A stretch of 64,000 nt of DNA from Patellaria atrata CBS 101060 (Eukaryota), in the NCBI GenBank assembly GCA_010093705.1, contig MU006095.1:1054001-1118000 (forward strand), in the 5' to 3' direction. The first letter of the stretch is position 1. Every line of letters begins with the position of its first letter. Positions 14,156 through 26,566 of this stretch are shown in pieces. The translations under genes and the position numbers were made by a program. The notes under the pieces are model-generated. The model was given only the letters and a program-made list of their open reading frames with translations, did not search any database and was not told the DNA's origin.

Positions 14156-15525
14156 ATGCAAACTCCTCCTAAAGGTGAAGCACTAGCCCTGAACAACGAG
14201 CTTATGACCAAGGAATGGGGCAGAATTAATCCCTCAGACTTCCCCAATCTCCACCGAGAGCATTGCACCTTGACAGATTATCACATTGATACTTACAACT
14301 GTATTGCATGGTCAGTAGGAGAAAAACAATTCTGGATCTCTCCTCCCAAAACCAGGGATGAATTCGTGAAACTATGTAAGGCCAATACATTCTTCTGATT
14401 GCACCTACTAATAAAATCTAGATGAAATTTTTGGCGCGGAAGAGATTAAGAAGAAGGACGACCCACGTGTGTTCGCTGCTGGCTATCTCAAAAATGGAGT
14501 ACCAACCCATGCTGCTCGCGTCTATAATGAGCTATGGGAAAGCAAATTTGGTGAAGGTCCAAGACTGACCCATCCTCCAACTGGTCTTGATGGAAGCAAT
14601 TCATATGGAAGCGCTACTATCTACTTTTCTACACCCTATGATCCCGCAGGAAAGCTCAACCAACTGCGCGAGCTTGTTGCGAATAGAAAGCCCAAGACTG
14701 ATCTTACGCCAATCCGACAAAATTTGGAACAGCATTGTCAACCTTTATTTAAAGCATTCGACGATCATCTCAAGGCCTGGGAAGCAGCATGTAAGAAAAT
14801 GTCAAAAGATACTCTGTATGGCATGGCTCCAGTACTGCGTCAAAAGATTGCCTACTTTGCTGACACAGATTTGTAGCCCGGCTGAATATGCACAGATTCA
14901 GGAATGCAACCCACTTCTCGCGCTGGGGCCAAAGATTTTGCCGTTACTCGTAGAGAAATTTCCCTCTGGCGACTTTGGCTTCGCTGCGGGACTCTGTACG
15001 TTCAGCCATAACAAACACAATGTCAAGAGCTACCAAAACTTACTAATCCTCTGAGCAGATGATAAACTCCAAAGCGATCACAGGTATACAGTGCCTGCAG
15101 ACCGGGTTGATATAAAATGCACGCTGAAAGCAGAATCCTTGAAGATCGTTGACCTCTATGTCGAGGACTTTTTCAACGTCATCGTACGCACAGCTCTACA
15201 GAATTTTGAAAAACCGAAAAAGCCCTTTGCAAATCGTCAGGAACTCTTAAAGTCAAATGAATTCCTAGACATTGCGCAACAGGGATGGAAAGTTATTCCC
15301 TTCATGTTGGACTCCTATATCAAGCAGCATCGTGAAGGCAAAGCAAGTTTGTGGCATATCGTGTTAGAAGAATTCAATAATCCGAAGGGACAAACGGACA
15401 AACCGATCGCTGCGAGCACGAAGGCAGATTTCGACAAATGGATCGACTGGTTCAACAAAGTCACACCTCAGCAATGGAGTGATGGCGATCACAAGCTCTA
15501 CGAAAAATATCAAAACGATATCTAG
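14156..15525 (+). CDS. 399-aa protein: N-terminal Cys-His papain-like (DUF7689-like) domain plus two helical repeats; exons 14156-14375, 14422-14815, 14877-14995, 15059-15525
   Basis: Three GT-AG introns with CTAAT/CTGAC branch points join four ORF pieces into 1200 nt with no internal stop. Motifs FPNL...YNCIAWSVG...W...PTHAAR...WESKFG...H...LDG..YG; repeats LLALGPKILPLLVEK and DIAQQGWKVIPFMLDS. Confidence 0.8.
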
Positions 15526-17141
15526 GAAATCACAGCTATAGTTTCGTAGATCTCCCTCTGCACGGTTCTTATTCCATTACATATATCTTTCTCATTGCAC
15601 TGTTGTTTTCTTCCAAAGACTGTCCTTATAGCTTAATACATTCTATTCATCCCCTACCGTGGTTCTCCTCACCCGATGTATACTCCACTCCAGGGGAATC
15701 TCCGGCTCCTATATACATGAATTGACACAACGTACGGGTGCGTTCCAACAGAACAGACAATCCAATCGTGTGAATACGTTTAGCGGATACCTAGCTGTCG
15801 AGGCGCCCCTAAGTCTACTGTACAAAAAAGGGAGTGCATTTGAGAAATGTGCAGCCATACAATTCAACCTCCCGTCCATCCACCTCACATACGCCGACCT
15901 ACCTATCCGTCTACCCCCCTGTGAGCGGTCTCTAGTAATTGTGTTCCAACTATCTAGTCCAGATGCTATCTACAATCAAGATAAAGGAGAAAAGAAGAGT
16001 CTGAGGGCAGATTTGAGGAAAATATTACTGGCTGATCTTCGGATGCAGGGCGCGCCCATACCACTAGGCTCTAGCCTGTTACACCCCCCACACCACACAG
16101 ATGCCCAATATCCCACATCCCATTTTTACACCTCACCACTGGTATACTTAGTATACGGGACACAGGCCAAGAAATATCTACCAGATGCTGTAGTTGAATC
16201 TTCACCCCGGTCTTATATACCCTATGATGCTACCGTGGGTCTAGCTCTGGATGATTGCTATTACGTTGTAGTGTTGTGCTCCGTCGTACAGTGGCGGTTA
16301 TTGGATGTACTGGGGTGATGTAGTGTAGTGTAGTATAGTGTACTATATTGTACTGTGGAGGTTGCGCATCCAGTAGGGAGACTAGAGTTACTACAATCTA
16401 AATTCAGTGAGGCTGTGTGTTATCATACCTCGGGTTCGATTACTGTTAGGACTGGACCGTTTACCGTGTTCTCGCCTGACAAAGTGACTCTGTACCAGCC
16501 CCGGAGGAAATATGCTATGTACAATACAATCTTTCCAAGCCATCGTCTGCTTGTTAATATTCGGGAAGAACGATTGTCAAGTGGGAAGTTGTAGGCTCTG
16601 TCATGGTCGCAAACTTGGAGTTGGGTCCACGCCTCAACCCTTTAGAGTTAAGAGATACTTTGATTATGTAACAAGCTAACCTCAAACGATAACTTGACCT
16701 CATCTCTTTCATTCTTTCATTTCCAAAACCAACTACCCAATTTTGTGATTCAGGTCTATAGAATGTCGCTTCTTCCTCTAGCCCGTGTACCACATTAAAT
16801 GTGTTCCTCAGATATCTATATGGTTGTCTAAGAGTCTGGACCGATGGGAGGCTTTCTATGGCAAGAACAAAGTCCAAACAATGACTACAGAAGCTTATTA
16901 CGATGACTTAGACTGCTCGAGTATAATAACCAAAAATTATTAGGAAATATCCTCAACAGCTCTTCCTAAGACGGTTAAACCACTACCTACCTGTTATATT
17001 AGATGTATCTTTCTAATTTTGATACCTCCTCTTCCTCCTCTTCCTCTTCTTCAAAAAAAGAACTAGGTAGATACCTAAAGTATACGAAATTATATTAAGT
17101 CCGCTTTAATAGAAAGTCTAAGTAGGAAAGAAAAAATTGGC

Positions 17142-17347
17142 AAAAAAATTACACGTCCGTGCAATCTCTCTGCTAGGGCCCTCCCCTCCCTAACCCCCAG
17201 GCAACTTCACTTCGGAGTGAACCCTGGGACCCCTCCCGCCATCACCGAAGATGGAGCCGCCGGGAATCGAACCCAAGACGTCGGGAGACCTTCGCGCTGG
17301 TTATCGAGTTGCGGAATGAAGCCATTACTAACTCGGCCACACAAGGA
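17142..17347 (-). ncRNA. tRNA-related RNA polymerase III unit (tRNA-derived SINE or structured ncRNA), ~200 nt
   Basis: Minus strand: A box TGGCCGAGTTAG (17339-17328), B box GGTTCGATTCC (17273-17263) in a T-arm-like hairpin, several further hairpins, then T7 (17148-17142). No acceptor-stem pairing. Confidence 0.55.
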
Positions 17348-18803
17348 TTTAGTGATTGCTTTCCATACCTAAGTCACAATACATAGTGAAAGTCTGGTCT
17401 AATCTTCTATTACGTAAATTTTGGCTTGCAGGAGTGATTGTCAGCATTCATAGCTACACGCATAGTTCCGGTCTATCCCATCCCGCTACCACAATGGTAT
17501 AGGCCATCTAGCTTCAATATCATAGTAAGGAAAGGAAAATGAGACTTTAGTCTTACGATCACCATTGCACCAGCATGGTCACTCTCTTGAAACTTTTCCA
17601 TTTCTATCATCTATGGACCATCTCAATTAAGCACACATTGAACCTCCACTCTCCTCTTTACATTTCCTTACCCCATCGAAAAGCATACATGCCGAAACAA
17701 TCCTTCTGCTTCCCTTCCACATCAAAACACAGATAAAGCACCAAGAACCTACTTCATAAGCCAGATAAACCAGGCAAGAGCCGAAAACCTTCCTTCCTAA
17801 TCCCATACCACACCTTCCCTCTCATACCGCGATCCCACCCCCCGCAGAACAGTCAAAGAAGCCTCTCTTATCCCGCCATCCCGCTCTCAGCCCTACCGGC
17901 TTTGCGGTATCACCGACAACCGACACAACCCCCCAACATGATTGGCCGTCCCAACGTCAAAGAACCGTAGACATTCGACGAAAAGTACAATTGCCTGTTC
18001 CGGTATGGTCGCTCTGTGAATTTCTATCGCGATATCTGAGGGATATCTGCGCTGTGATAGGGGGTCTGTAACGATGCTTTTGGTGTACGTGAAGTGGATT
18101 TTGGGTTGTGTGTCTACGGTAAGTTTCAGGTGGTTATCGTTTATTGTTATATTTTCTATTCATTATGGTTTGCGGTTTGGGGAGGTCTGTGGAGGGTATG
18201 GAGGGTATGAGCAACAACGTCGACGGACGTGCGCAACTTTTCGCCCTTATTCAATCGGCTAAGATCGGGTTTTGGAGTGTCTTTTTTCCACTTTTGAGGG
18301 CAGGGTAAAGTTTTGAGGCTTGTTGATTCCGCTTCAATATTCAAAGGGGTTATGAAGGTGAAAAGAAAGCAGGAGATTTATAACGGTCCCATACCTCGTT
18401 GTTCTTATCCTTCAATTGGACGGACTCGTTGCAGATACTTAACCACTACCATTGTGTAATTATTTGATTAATGCAACGGAGTAAGCCATAAGATAGAATC
18501 TGAATATCATAGAATATGTCAAAGTGGGTAAAGCGATCGCTTCACCTGCAAATAATGCTCTGCCTCACGACCGACTTCATCCCCACAGCGACACGCTCAT
18601 CCCGCTATCTCCCCAAAGCCAAAGCCATTCCTCGACACCCATCCTCAACAACAGCTTTCATTCATCTCGCGGAGAACGAAGCTTGAGTCTCTCCTTCCAC
18701 CACGAATACGAATCATTACACTCCTACGAATACTCTGATCCGCCATCATCCAACAATAGCAGTATCCACCTGAATACCAACGAGGCACATCCCGCTCCAC
18801 ACC

Positions 18804-19849
18804 TCAACCCAACCTCTTCCTCCTCATCTCCACAACCCTCTCCCGATCCCTCTCAAAACTATCCCTCAACCTCCTCTCCTCCTCCTTCCTCCTATCGCGA
18901 CCCTGAAACTTATAAAACCCAAAGCCAGCCCGTTTCTTCTCCCTCTCCTCCATCTTCGCCTTCGCAGCCAGCGCCTCCTCCACCCTCGCCGGCCCGGTCC
19001 GCGCGCCGCGAGTCACAGTAACGAAGCCATCCTTATCAGGTACACGAGACTGCGTGCGCGTGCGCGCGACGTGTTGCTCGTACGCCTGGAAAGTAGAGAG
19101 GTAGGCGTTCGTGAGTGCGAGAAGGGTGGATTTCGGGGGGTACGTGAGACGATGATTCGTCTCATAGCCTGTCCTCATTAGCCCCAAAACACCAACCCCA
19201 CAGGTATGATCCCGTCGGGCATAAGTGAAAAAAAAAACATACGTCGCACACCTAAAGGCGGATCCCTATTCCCCTCTCCCCTTCCATCCTCGTCTGTCGT
19301 GCACGCCGACCCCGTCCATTCCACCCCCTTTCCCCGACCAGCCCTCCTGGCGCCTTTAAAACCCCTCTCCGCACCCGCGCGATCGAGGAAAACAACAACG
19401 CCGCAACTCCCGCTTTTCAGGATCTCGCGATCCCATACCCGGGGCAACTGTAACTGCCCCCAAAGCTCCTTATCAACGACAATCCCCTTCTCCTTCTCTT
19501 TCCCCTGCCCATCCCCCCGCTTCCGTTTCTTCCCTCGTTCCTCTTTCTCCTCTTCTCCGTCGACCTCAAGGTTGTCGAGCACACCCAGACTTCCCCGCCC
19601 GCAACGCAGACCCTCGAACTCGACTCTCTCCACGACGGCGGCTGAGTCGAGCGTTTTAAAGAGGCGCCGGAGATTGTGCTCCGTGGCGTCGATGGGGAGG
19701 TTGGCGAGGAAGAGGGAGCGCGCGGAGGAGCGTGTGGGTGTCGAGGGAGCGTGTGGGCGGACGTAGATGTGGTGGGTTGAGGGGTGTGGGTAGGAAGGGA
19801 GGGGTGGGAGGAGGATGGGGAGAATTGTGTAGTCGGATAAGGGCGACAT
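18804..19849 (-). CDS. RRP7: Ribosomal RNA processing protein 7; intron ~19242-19169
   Basis: HHIYVRPH...RSLFLANLPIDATEHNLRRLF (RRM-like N-domain) and PDKDGFVTVTRG...FYKFQ.RDRRKEE...FERDRERV (RRP7 C-domain). Confidence 0.9.
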
Positions 19850-20440
19850 TATGGGGGAAGACGGACGTGAGAATGGAATGAGGTGATTTCGCTGCCGCTG
19901 TGATTTATTATAGTTATCGATGGGAGCTTTAGGAAAAGTTAGTCTGCGGTCGCAGTAAAGCTATGGTGGAGGGAAATTTTACGCGAGTGGACCTTGGCAA
20001 AGGATTTTAGGATGGTCAGGTTGGGTTGTCCTGTCAAATCCTCACTATTTTCATCGATTTCGGGATTTAGACACTTTGGAGAGCATGAAGATTCATTTGA
20101 AATGTGTATAATTGATCTTGACTAGAACATATCATATCGTGAACCCAAGCAGACGGCACCCATGAAACCACAACCGTCCCCAGTTGAGCACCCAATCCGT
20201 ATATGTCATTAACGAGTTCCGAGTAGATGTCCCACATACCCAAATGAAGGTACTTACCCAACTTACCGATCCTGTTGGTGTCGCTTTCCGTTTCCTCCGA
20301 GAGATGGTGTGCGTTGTGTTTGGCTTGATACAGTGGTATAGAATGAACATCCTGTAGTATCATGGCAAAATATTTCCAACACCAACACACTAGCCCTCCA
20401 TTGCGCAAAAGCTCCCATCAAATTTACTTCAATGACCCCT

Positions 20441-22317
20441 TTAGCGAATAGTCATTTGCTTCACCATGCTAGCCTTCGCGGTGCTGCTTCCGTCCCTAGT
20501 GACGCCGGCAGACCCAGGCTTCTTTTCGAACAACTTCCAGAACTTTAGAGATTCGTCGGCAGCTAGTAGAAAGTTAGCAATATGTACAGGACTATATACG
20601 TCATATTAAGTAGAGGGAACATACCAGCAGTAGCAAGCATCTGTCCATCCGGACTCAGGCAGCTATGCAACACCCTGCTCTCATGCGCTGGGATCTCCAC
20701 ATTCTTGACCAAGGTAGGATAGCTCCAAATGCTGAGACTGTTATCCGGGAAACCGGAACTGCTGACGATCTCCTTATATCCTGTGCTCCATCTCAAGCTG
20801 GTAACCTGGCTGCCGGTATCAATGCTGTTAGTTCTGGCACCAGTGGTGGAGTTCCAGAAATGGATGTGACGGTCATGACTACCACCTCCAGTTGCTAAAA
20901 GGTTTGATTGCCAGGGGCACCAGGCGAGCGCTTTGACGGCAGCACGGTGGTTCGTCTTGGTGAACTTGGGAGCGCCGAGGCTGCGCGCGTCCCAAATGCA
21001 GACGAGATTGTCGTTGGCGCCAGTTGCAAGCTGGGCGCCGTCAGCTCTCCATTCCAAGCCGCAAACCTCGCCGGTGTGGGAAACCAGTTCCGCAACCTTG
21101 TGCTCAGCGATGCGGACATCGTGGTTAAAGACGAGACCGCTGCGAGCGCCGGTGGAGAGGATGTGCTTGTTCCATCCCATGACGCCAACCCGTGTGTCAT
21201 GACCATACATGCTCCGAAGCTTGGTACCCTCTTCGACATCCCAGATTTGGACTTCACCAGTGCCGAGACCGACGCCAACGTATGCACCATCACCACTCCA
21301 CTTGACAGACGAGATGTATGTATCAGCACTGCACTCAAGGAGACTTGCAACGGTGCCAGATTCTGCTGACCATACGTAGACGGAACGCTCGAGTCCGATA
21401 GCGACTTGATTGCCAGAGGACCAATCCAATAAGTTGAGATAGTAGTCATCGACAAGACCTGGAGCATCAAGAACACGCTCTGGTGTAGAAAGAACCTTGC
21501 GGCGGAACTGGGCTGATTGACCGGCAGGTTTAAGAGGGCGGTTGTATTGGGACCTTAAGTCGATTGGTTTTGACGACTCCGGAGGAGCGGGCTTGAACGC
21601 AAGGATACGAGTATTGAGAGAGATGTTGCAAGCTGAAGCTAATGATGTTTGGTAAGCTACAGCATCTGGTGCTGGCTTCTTGGTGATTGTATTGTCATCA
21701 TCATCATTCAAAGAAAGACTCTCTAATGCAAGAGTGGCCTCGTCTTCAGCACCACGACCAATTTCGAACGCACTAGCAGAGGCAGCGTTGGCGAGGACGG
21801 TTGAACCTTCACCTGATGATGAGCTTGAGCTGGACTTTGGTCGAGTCTCCATGTCTAGCTTGCCTACACCAACATTGCAGATAGCCTCACTCGCAGCACG
21901 ATTTGGAATGAATCGGTCAGCAGCGTTATATGCAATGCGTGTGCTTGTCTTGGTTGGTCGAGCGCGCACCGAGCCATCCTTTCGTGCTCTTGATGGTGTT
22001 TGCTTTGTGTTTCCAGTTCCCGTCAAGGTCCATTCGGATACACCAAGTTCTAGGCGCTTGGGTGTGTGTGATGGTCGAGCAATGTTTGACTTTGGTGAAT
22101 CCCGGACATTTGTCTTTGATACCGATCGGGAGAATCGGGACGTGAAGTTATTGTGTATTGACTCATCCTTCGACACATTGATATCTTGGAATTGACGGGA
22201 TGGTGTGCGTGGGGATGGAGTTGATGGTGATAGAGCTATCCGACCGCCGGCGGTACGGGTAGAGAACAGACCTCCATGGCGACTCTTGACCGGAGTCAAG
22301 ACTGCTGGGCTAGCCAT
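20441..22317 (-). CDS. CDC20: APC/C activator CDC20 (Slp1/Fizzy), WD40 protein; one intron ~20624-20565
   Basis: C-box DRFIP; PERVLDAPGLVDDYYLNLLDWS; WD40 repeats; the last exon ADESLKFWKLF...QMTIR* supplies the IR tail. Confidence 0.93.
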
Positions 22318-23411
22318 TGCTGTTCAATGCTGTAGTAGTATGTAAGTCTAGAGCGCATTGAAGGTTGGTTTGGTGTATTCTTTACTGATATGATTTTTTA
22401 ATGTTTCCTGTAAAAGACGCTGTAATTAAAGATTAGTAGAAGATGCTCGCTGTAATAACCGCTGGAAAGAGTTCGCTGTACAAATGCACAATGGCTTTGA
22501 TAAAGGTTTTCGGATTGAAGAATGATTTTAGTCTTGTGGAGAGAGGAAGAGTGTTGGGAGAAGATGTGATGAGAGAGAGGAAGTTGAAAAAGTGAGTACA
22601 CAAGTTGCGTTTTAAGGAAGTCTGTTGATCGTGTTGGCCAGGAGACGCACAGACGGCCAAGGGAGGGGGACCGAGCACCAAGCGGCCGGGCCGAGTTGGG
22701 CCGACTTTTCGGAGCTCGGACGGATGCACATACCACCAGCACGAGCCATATCCGAGAGCCTTGGCATGAAATTATCATTGAGGTTATTCTTCAAAAGGGC
22801 GTGAATTTTTTAGGTCATTTGCTTAGCGGCTAGGAATAAAAGAAAACTATATAATTATCTGAGATCTCCTCGAAAATTCTTCCAGATTGATGTGCGATGT
22901 GATATTCTTTTTTGATATGGTGGTGGAAGTTCAGTTTCTGATGGAAGAACAGAAATGTGAACAAGCGGCGGAAATCTTCCGCGAAATGGGTGAGAACGTG
23001 ATCTGTCTTGCTTCTTACCGATGTCAGTTGTCAGTTAGCAAAAGACATAGTCCATTACAGTAATACCGGTTGTTTTAATACCTGAAATCAATTTTCGTTT
23101 AAGCTGTCTGAGCCTGTCTCCCATCCCAAGTGAAGGGTTCCGTCTGTTGCCAACTTTAACAGACAGCACGTGAGTCGGCGCTTTCCCGTGTTTGGCCCTG
23201 AGCAGGAACAGGAAATTCCCAGCCTCATCCACCGTAACCGACCACCTCAGTGACAACGACCTTTCAGCATTTGGTACCCTTTCGCTCATTTTGCTTTGCT
23301 ATGATACAATTGCAATCCTCCTGCGTGCTCTTATGTGAAATTCACCGTGATCGTGAATCTCACGTCATTCACTCATTTCAGCTGATCTAAAAGATAGTCT
23401 CAGCCCTACCA

Positions 23412-25674
23412 ATGGCACAGACCTCCACACCGTCTCACCCTAATTCCGTTCCTTACATATCTCATCCAGCATCTTCTTCTTCCACACCCCAGTCCTCTTC
23501 CTCCACGCACACGTATCTAATGTCAACGAGTCCTGTTCGTCATCGAAGGCCCAGAAATGAGCTTGGCTACAAACCTTCAATCATCACTACCGTTGGGGCA
23601 CGTCCAGCGTGTCTTGTCAATGCCTCGGTAACCTACGTCGGCAATGACCAGATATATGCCTTCGGAGGCTTTGATCAATTCACAGATGAAGGTAGATCTG
23701 CTCATTCTTCGTGCTCCTCTGCATTTGCTAACTGGCCGTAGTGTACAACCATGTCCTTCGTCTCAATTTGCAAACGAGACAATGGAGTCTCGTGGACAAT
23801 TTTGGGGACATCCCTGGAGTCCGAATGGGTACGAGAGTTTTGGGGGAGCTAGAATCTTGGTCGAGATGCTGATAAATACAGGACACACCGCAAACCTTTG
23901 GCAGGGCGACAAACTGCTCATCTACGGCGGGGAAAATGAACATCGCACGTACCTCTCAGACGTCATAATCTTCGATCTCAAAACCGCCCACTGGACACAA
24001 CCAGAGCTTAGCGGACCATTACCTAGAGGAAGAGCCCGCCATGCTACAGTAATCCATGATGAAAAATTGTACGTTTTAGGTGGAATGACAGGACAAGAAA
24101 GCTACGTCTTAGATGATATCTGCTATCTAGATCTGAGAACTTGGACTTGGTCGAGGACTTGGAGGTTCGTCCCTAGGTATGATCACACATGCTGGATCTG
24201 GGATGGTAGAATTTGGGTGTTTGGTGGCCTGGGAGAGGACATGGAACGATCAAGCGAAATTTGGTGGTTGGACTTGAGAAATAGCCCAACCTCTGAAAGT
24301 CCATTATCATTTGGTACGGCAGATCGCACTGCCATGACCCATAGACCTCCCCGATCTTCCTACAATCAGCTTATACAATACCAATCATCCACTGGGTACA
24401 CTGCGAACTCTAGTAGTGTGCAGGCGAACTCAAATCAGCTCGTCACACGTAATCCTCCGATTGCTCCTGGCTCGATCTCTTCGTTGAAATTTGTCTCCAG
24501 CCCTAACCTCCCAATCCAGTCCCTAGGTACTCATTTTCATGTATTCTCTTCTGGTTGTCTGCTTGACTTTGTCACTCCCGCCACGGTAATAAGTTCATTT
24601 GAGACCAGTCTATCAGCTCTGGATCTCGATACTTTGCGGTGGTCTAAGCTCGCGGATGGAAGGGATCTCTTTGCACCTTCCTATCGTTGGCATTACTGTG
24701 CAATGGACGAGGATTGTACAAGAGCTTGGCTTTTAGGTTGTGGAGAACCCAATGCAGGAACTGCTGCTGGATCGGAAGAATTCCTGAGCGATGTCTTACC
24801 GATCGATCTTCGGAAGTTGGGTCTTCTCGGAAACAAGCTCACTGCAGAATCCCGCCAAAGCAATCCGAAGCTACCTTCATCGGATGCACAACCTAGCTCA
24901 CATCTTGCTGGTATTGGAGCAGACTTGGCGCAGACCTTTGATCATCCCCCAGAAACTGGTAGTGGAGCAGACTTTATAGTTACGGCCGAAATGGAAGATA
25001 ACGGGGATAATCAGGACACCAACAGCGAGATTCAAGAGTCGAGGCCGATTCACGTACACAAGTTGATCTTGCAGGCGCGCTGGCCGCATTTTGCTCGATT
25101 ATACTCTTCTCAGATGTTGGAATTTCACACGAAAAAGTTGCATATTCCGGAACCATATAGTGCAGTTAAGTGGTTCTTGTACTATCTGTACACCGATAGT
25201 ATCGCTTCTCACCCAATCAACGGCCCATCCCTAGCAGACGTTGCTGGTATGCTAGTGATGGCCAACATCTACGACATGCAACGCCTTCGACTATTGTGTG
25301 TCAATAGACTCGGTAAAGAGCTCGATGTTGAGCATGCAGCCATCATCTGGGAAAGAGCTTCGACGGCTGGTGAAGAATGGCTCAAGAAGCGAGCTGCCAG
25401 CTTCGCAATGATATACTGGGGTCGTGTAGTCCGGACCAAGGGCTTCAAGAACTTATCGAAACCGAGTCTACTTGAATTCTGCGAGGAAGTAGACTCGGAA
25501 GGTAGGGTAGTAACGGGAGAAGAGCTGGAAGCAATTGGCGGACTCGGTGGAAGCAAACTTGGCTGCACACCAAACAGGCTCCGCAAACGTAGCGCAAGTA
25601 ATGCTGGCGTTTTGACGATTGACGATAATGATGAGCTGGAAGACATGGAGGATGACGGAATGGAGTTGAATTAA
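23412..25674 (+). CDS. Kelch-repeat plus BTB/POZ protein (LZTR1-like); introns ~23692-23741 and 23829-23881
   Basis: Kelch repeats (IYAFGGFD, LLIYGGE, LYVLGG, IWVFGG) and a BTB domain (IHVHKLILQARWPHF...FLYYLYTD...MANIY). Confidence 0.88.
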
Positions 25675-26566
25675 TGGGTTGACGGTTTTTTCAAAAGCAT
25701 TTTCGAGGCGTCATGAGCAAGCATGGGATTAAGGGTCAGCATTAACGTGTAGGGTTTAACATGGAGTTCTGTCGACGTTCACAACATGACCATGGGGTTT
25801 CTGGAAGCTATGAGAATGACTTTTTCGGTGAGAGGAGGTTTGGTATGGCATCCGACGACTTGTTATGCACGCTCCATGCCTCGGAGAGCGTTTGCTTAGC
25901 AATCTGGAGAATTCGAAATAAACAGTACCTGATATCCTACGGCTTATCTGACAAGCATAATGCTGCTTTGGTATATTTGAACTCTATTCAGGGGTTATAC
26001 TTTTTGAATATATGGTGGATTACGATGGCCGAGCTAATAGGATACATTGCAATATAGGAACTAGACAACACTTTGTTAGACGAGCTCAAGCCACTATATG
26101 AGGGTAGTTCGGTAGTAAGGGAAAGATAAAAAATAGAGAGAAAATATAAAGGATCAAGGTCGGAAACGTGGTGTTAAGGTAGGGGTAGCTTCACACCGAA
26201 TATCCCGTCATTCTCTCCCGTCGTCCCCGCTTCACATCCCACTTCAAGACTTGACAACAGACGGAAAAATCACAATACTGCATAACACAACCTTCTCTTA
26301 TTAGTTACCCATGTAGTAAGTATCCCCGTCTTTTGGACAAACTTCGGAACATCAACACATGTTTGCTATCTCGGTATGGTATGGAATAGGGAAATTCTTC
26401 CGCTCCGCGGTAGGCTTCCTACAAAAGTACTTTTAACTTTTTCCTTCTTCCTTTTTATAATTCAACTTTCACTTCACTCTTCAAGACTTCCTTTTCATAT
26501 TATAGTCTTTCCTCTTTAACTTAAGCAAGCGTTCTTCGAGACTCCTTTGGTATTCATTGAACGGCC

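Noticed and set aside
15659..16318. 219-aa GTG-initiated ORF
   Set aside because: No ATG start, no family motif, and TpA-rich degenerate composition; probably non-coding or a relic.
17188..17196. CCCTAACCC resembling a telomerase RNA template or telomere repeat
   Set aside because: It is a single 9-mer on the strand opposite the Pol III promoter, in a C-rich tract, with no pseudoknot or CR4/5-like elements recognised.
17250..17347. A canonical tRNA, tRNA-Sec, SRP RNA or U4/U6 snRNA gene
   Set aside because: No acceptor-stem pairing or clear anticodon arm; too short for SRP and lacking helix 8; only short chance-level matches to U4/U6, without the ACAGAGA-AGC core.
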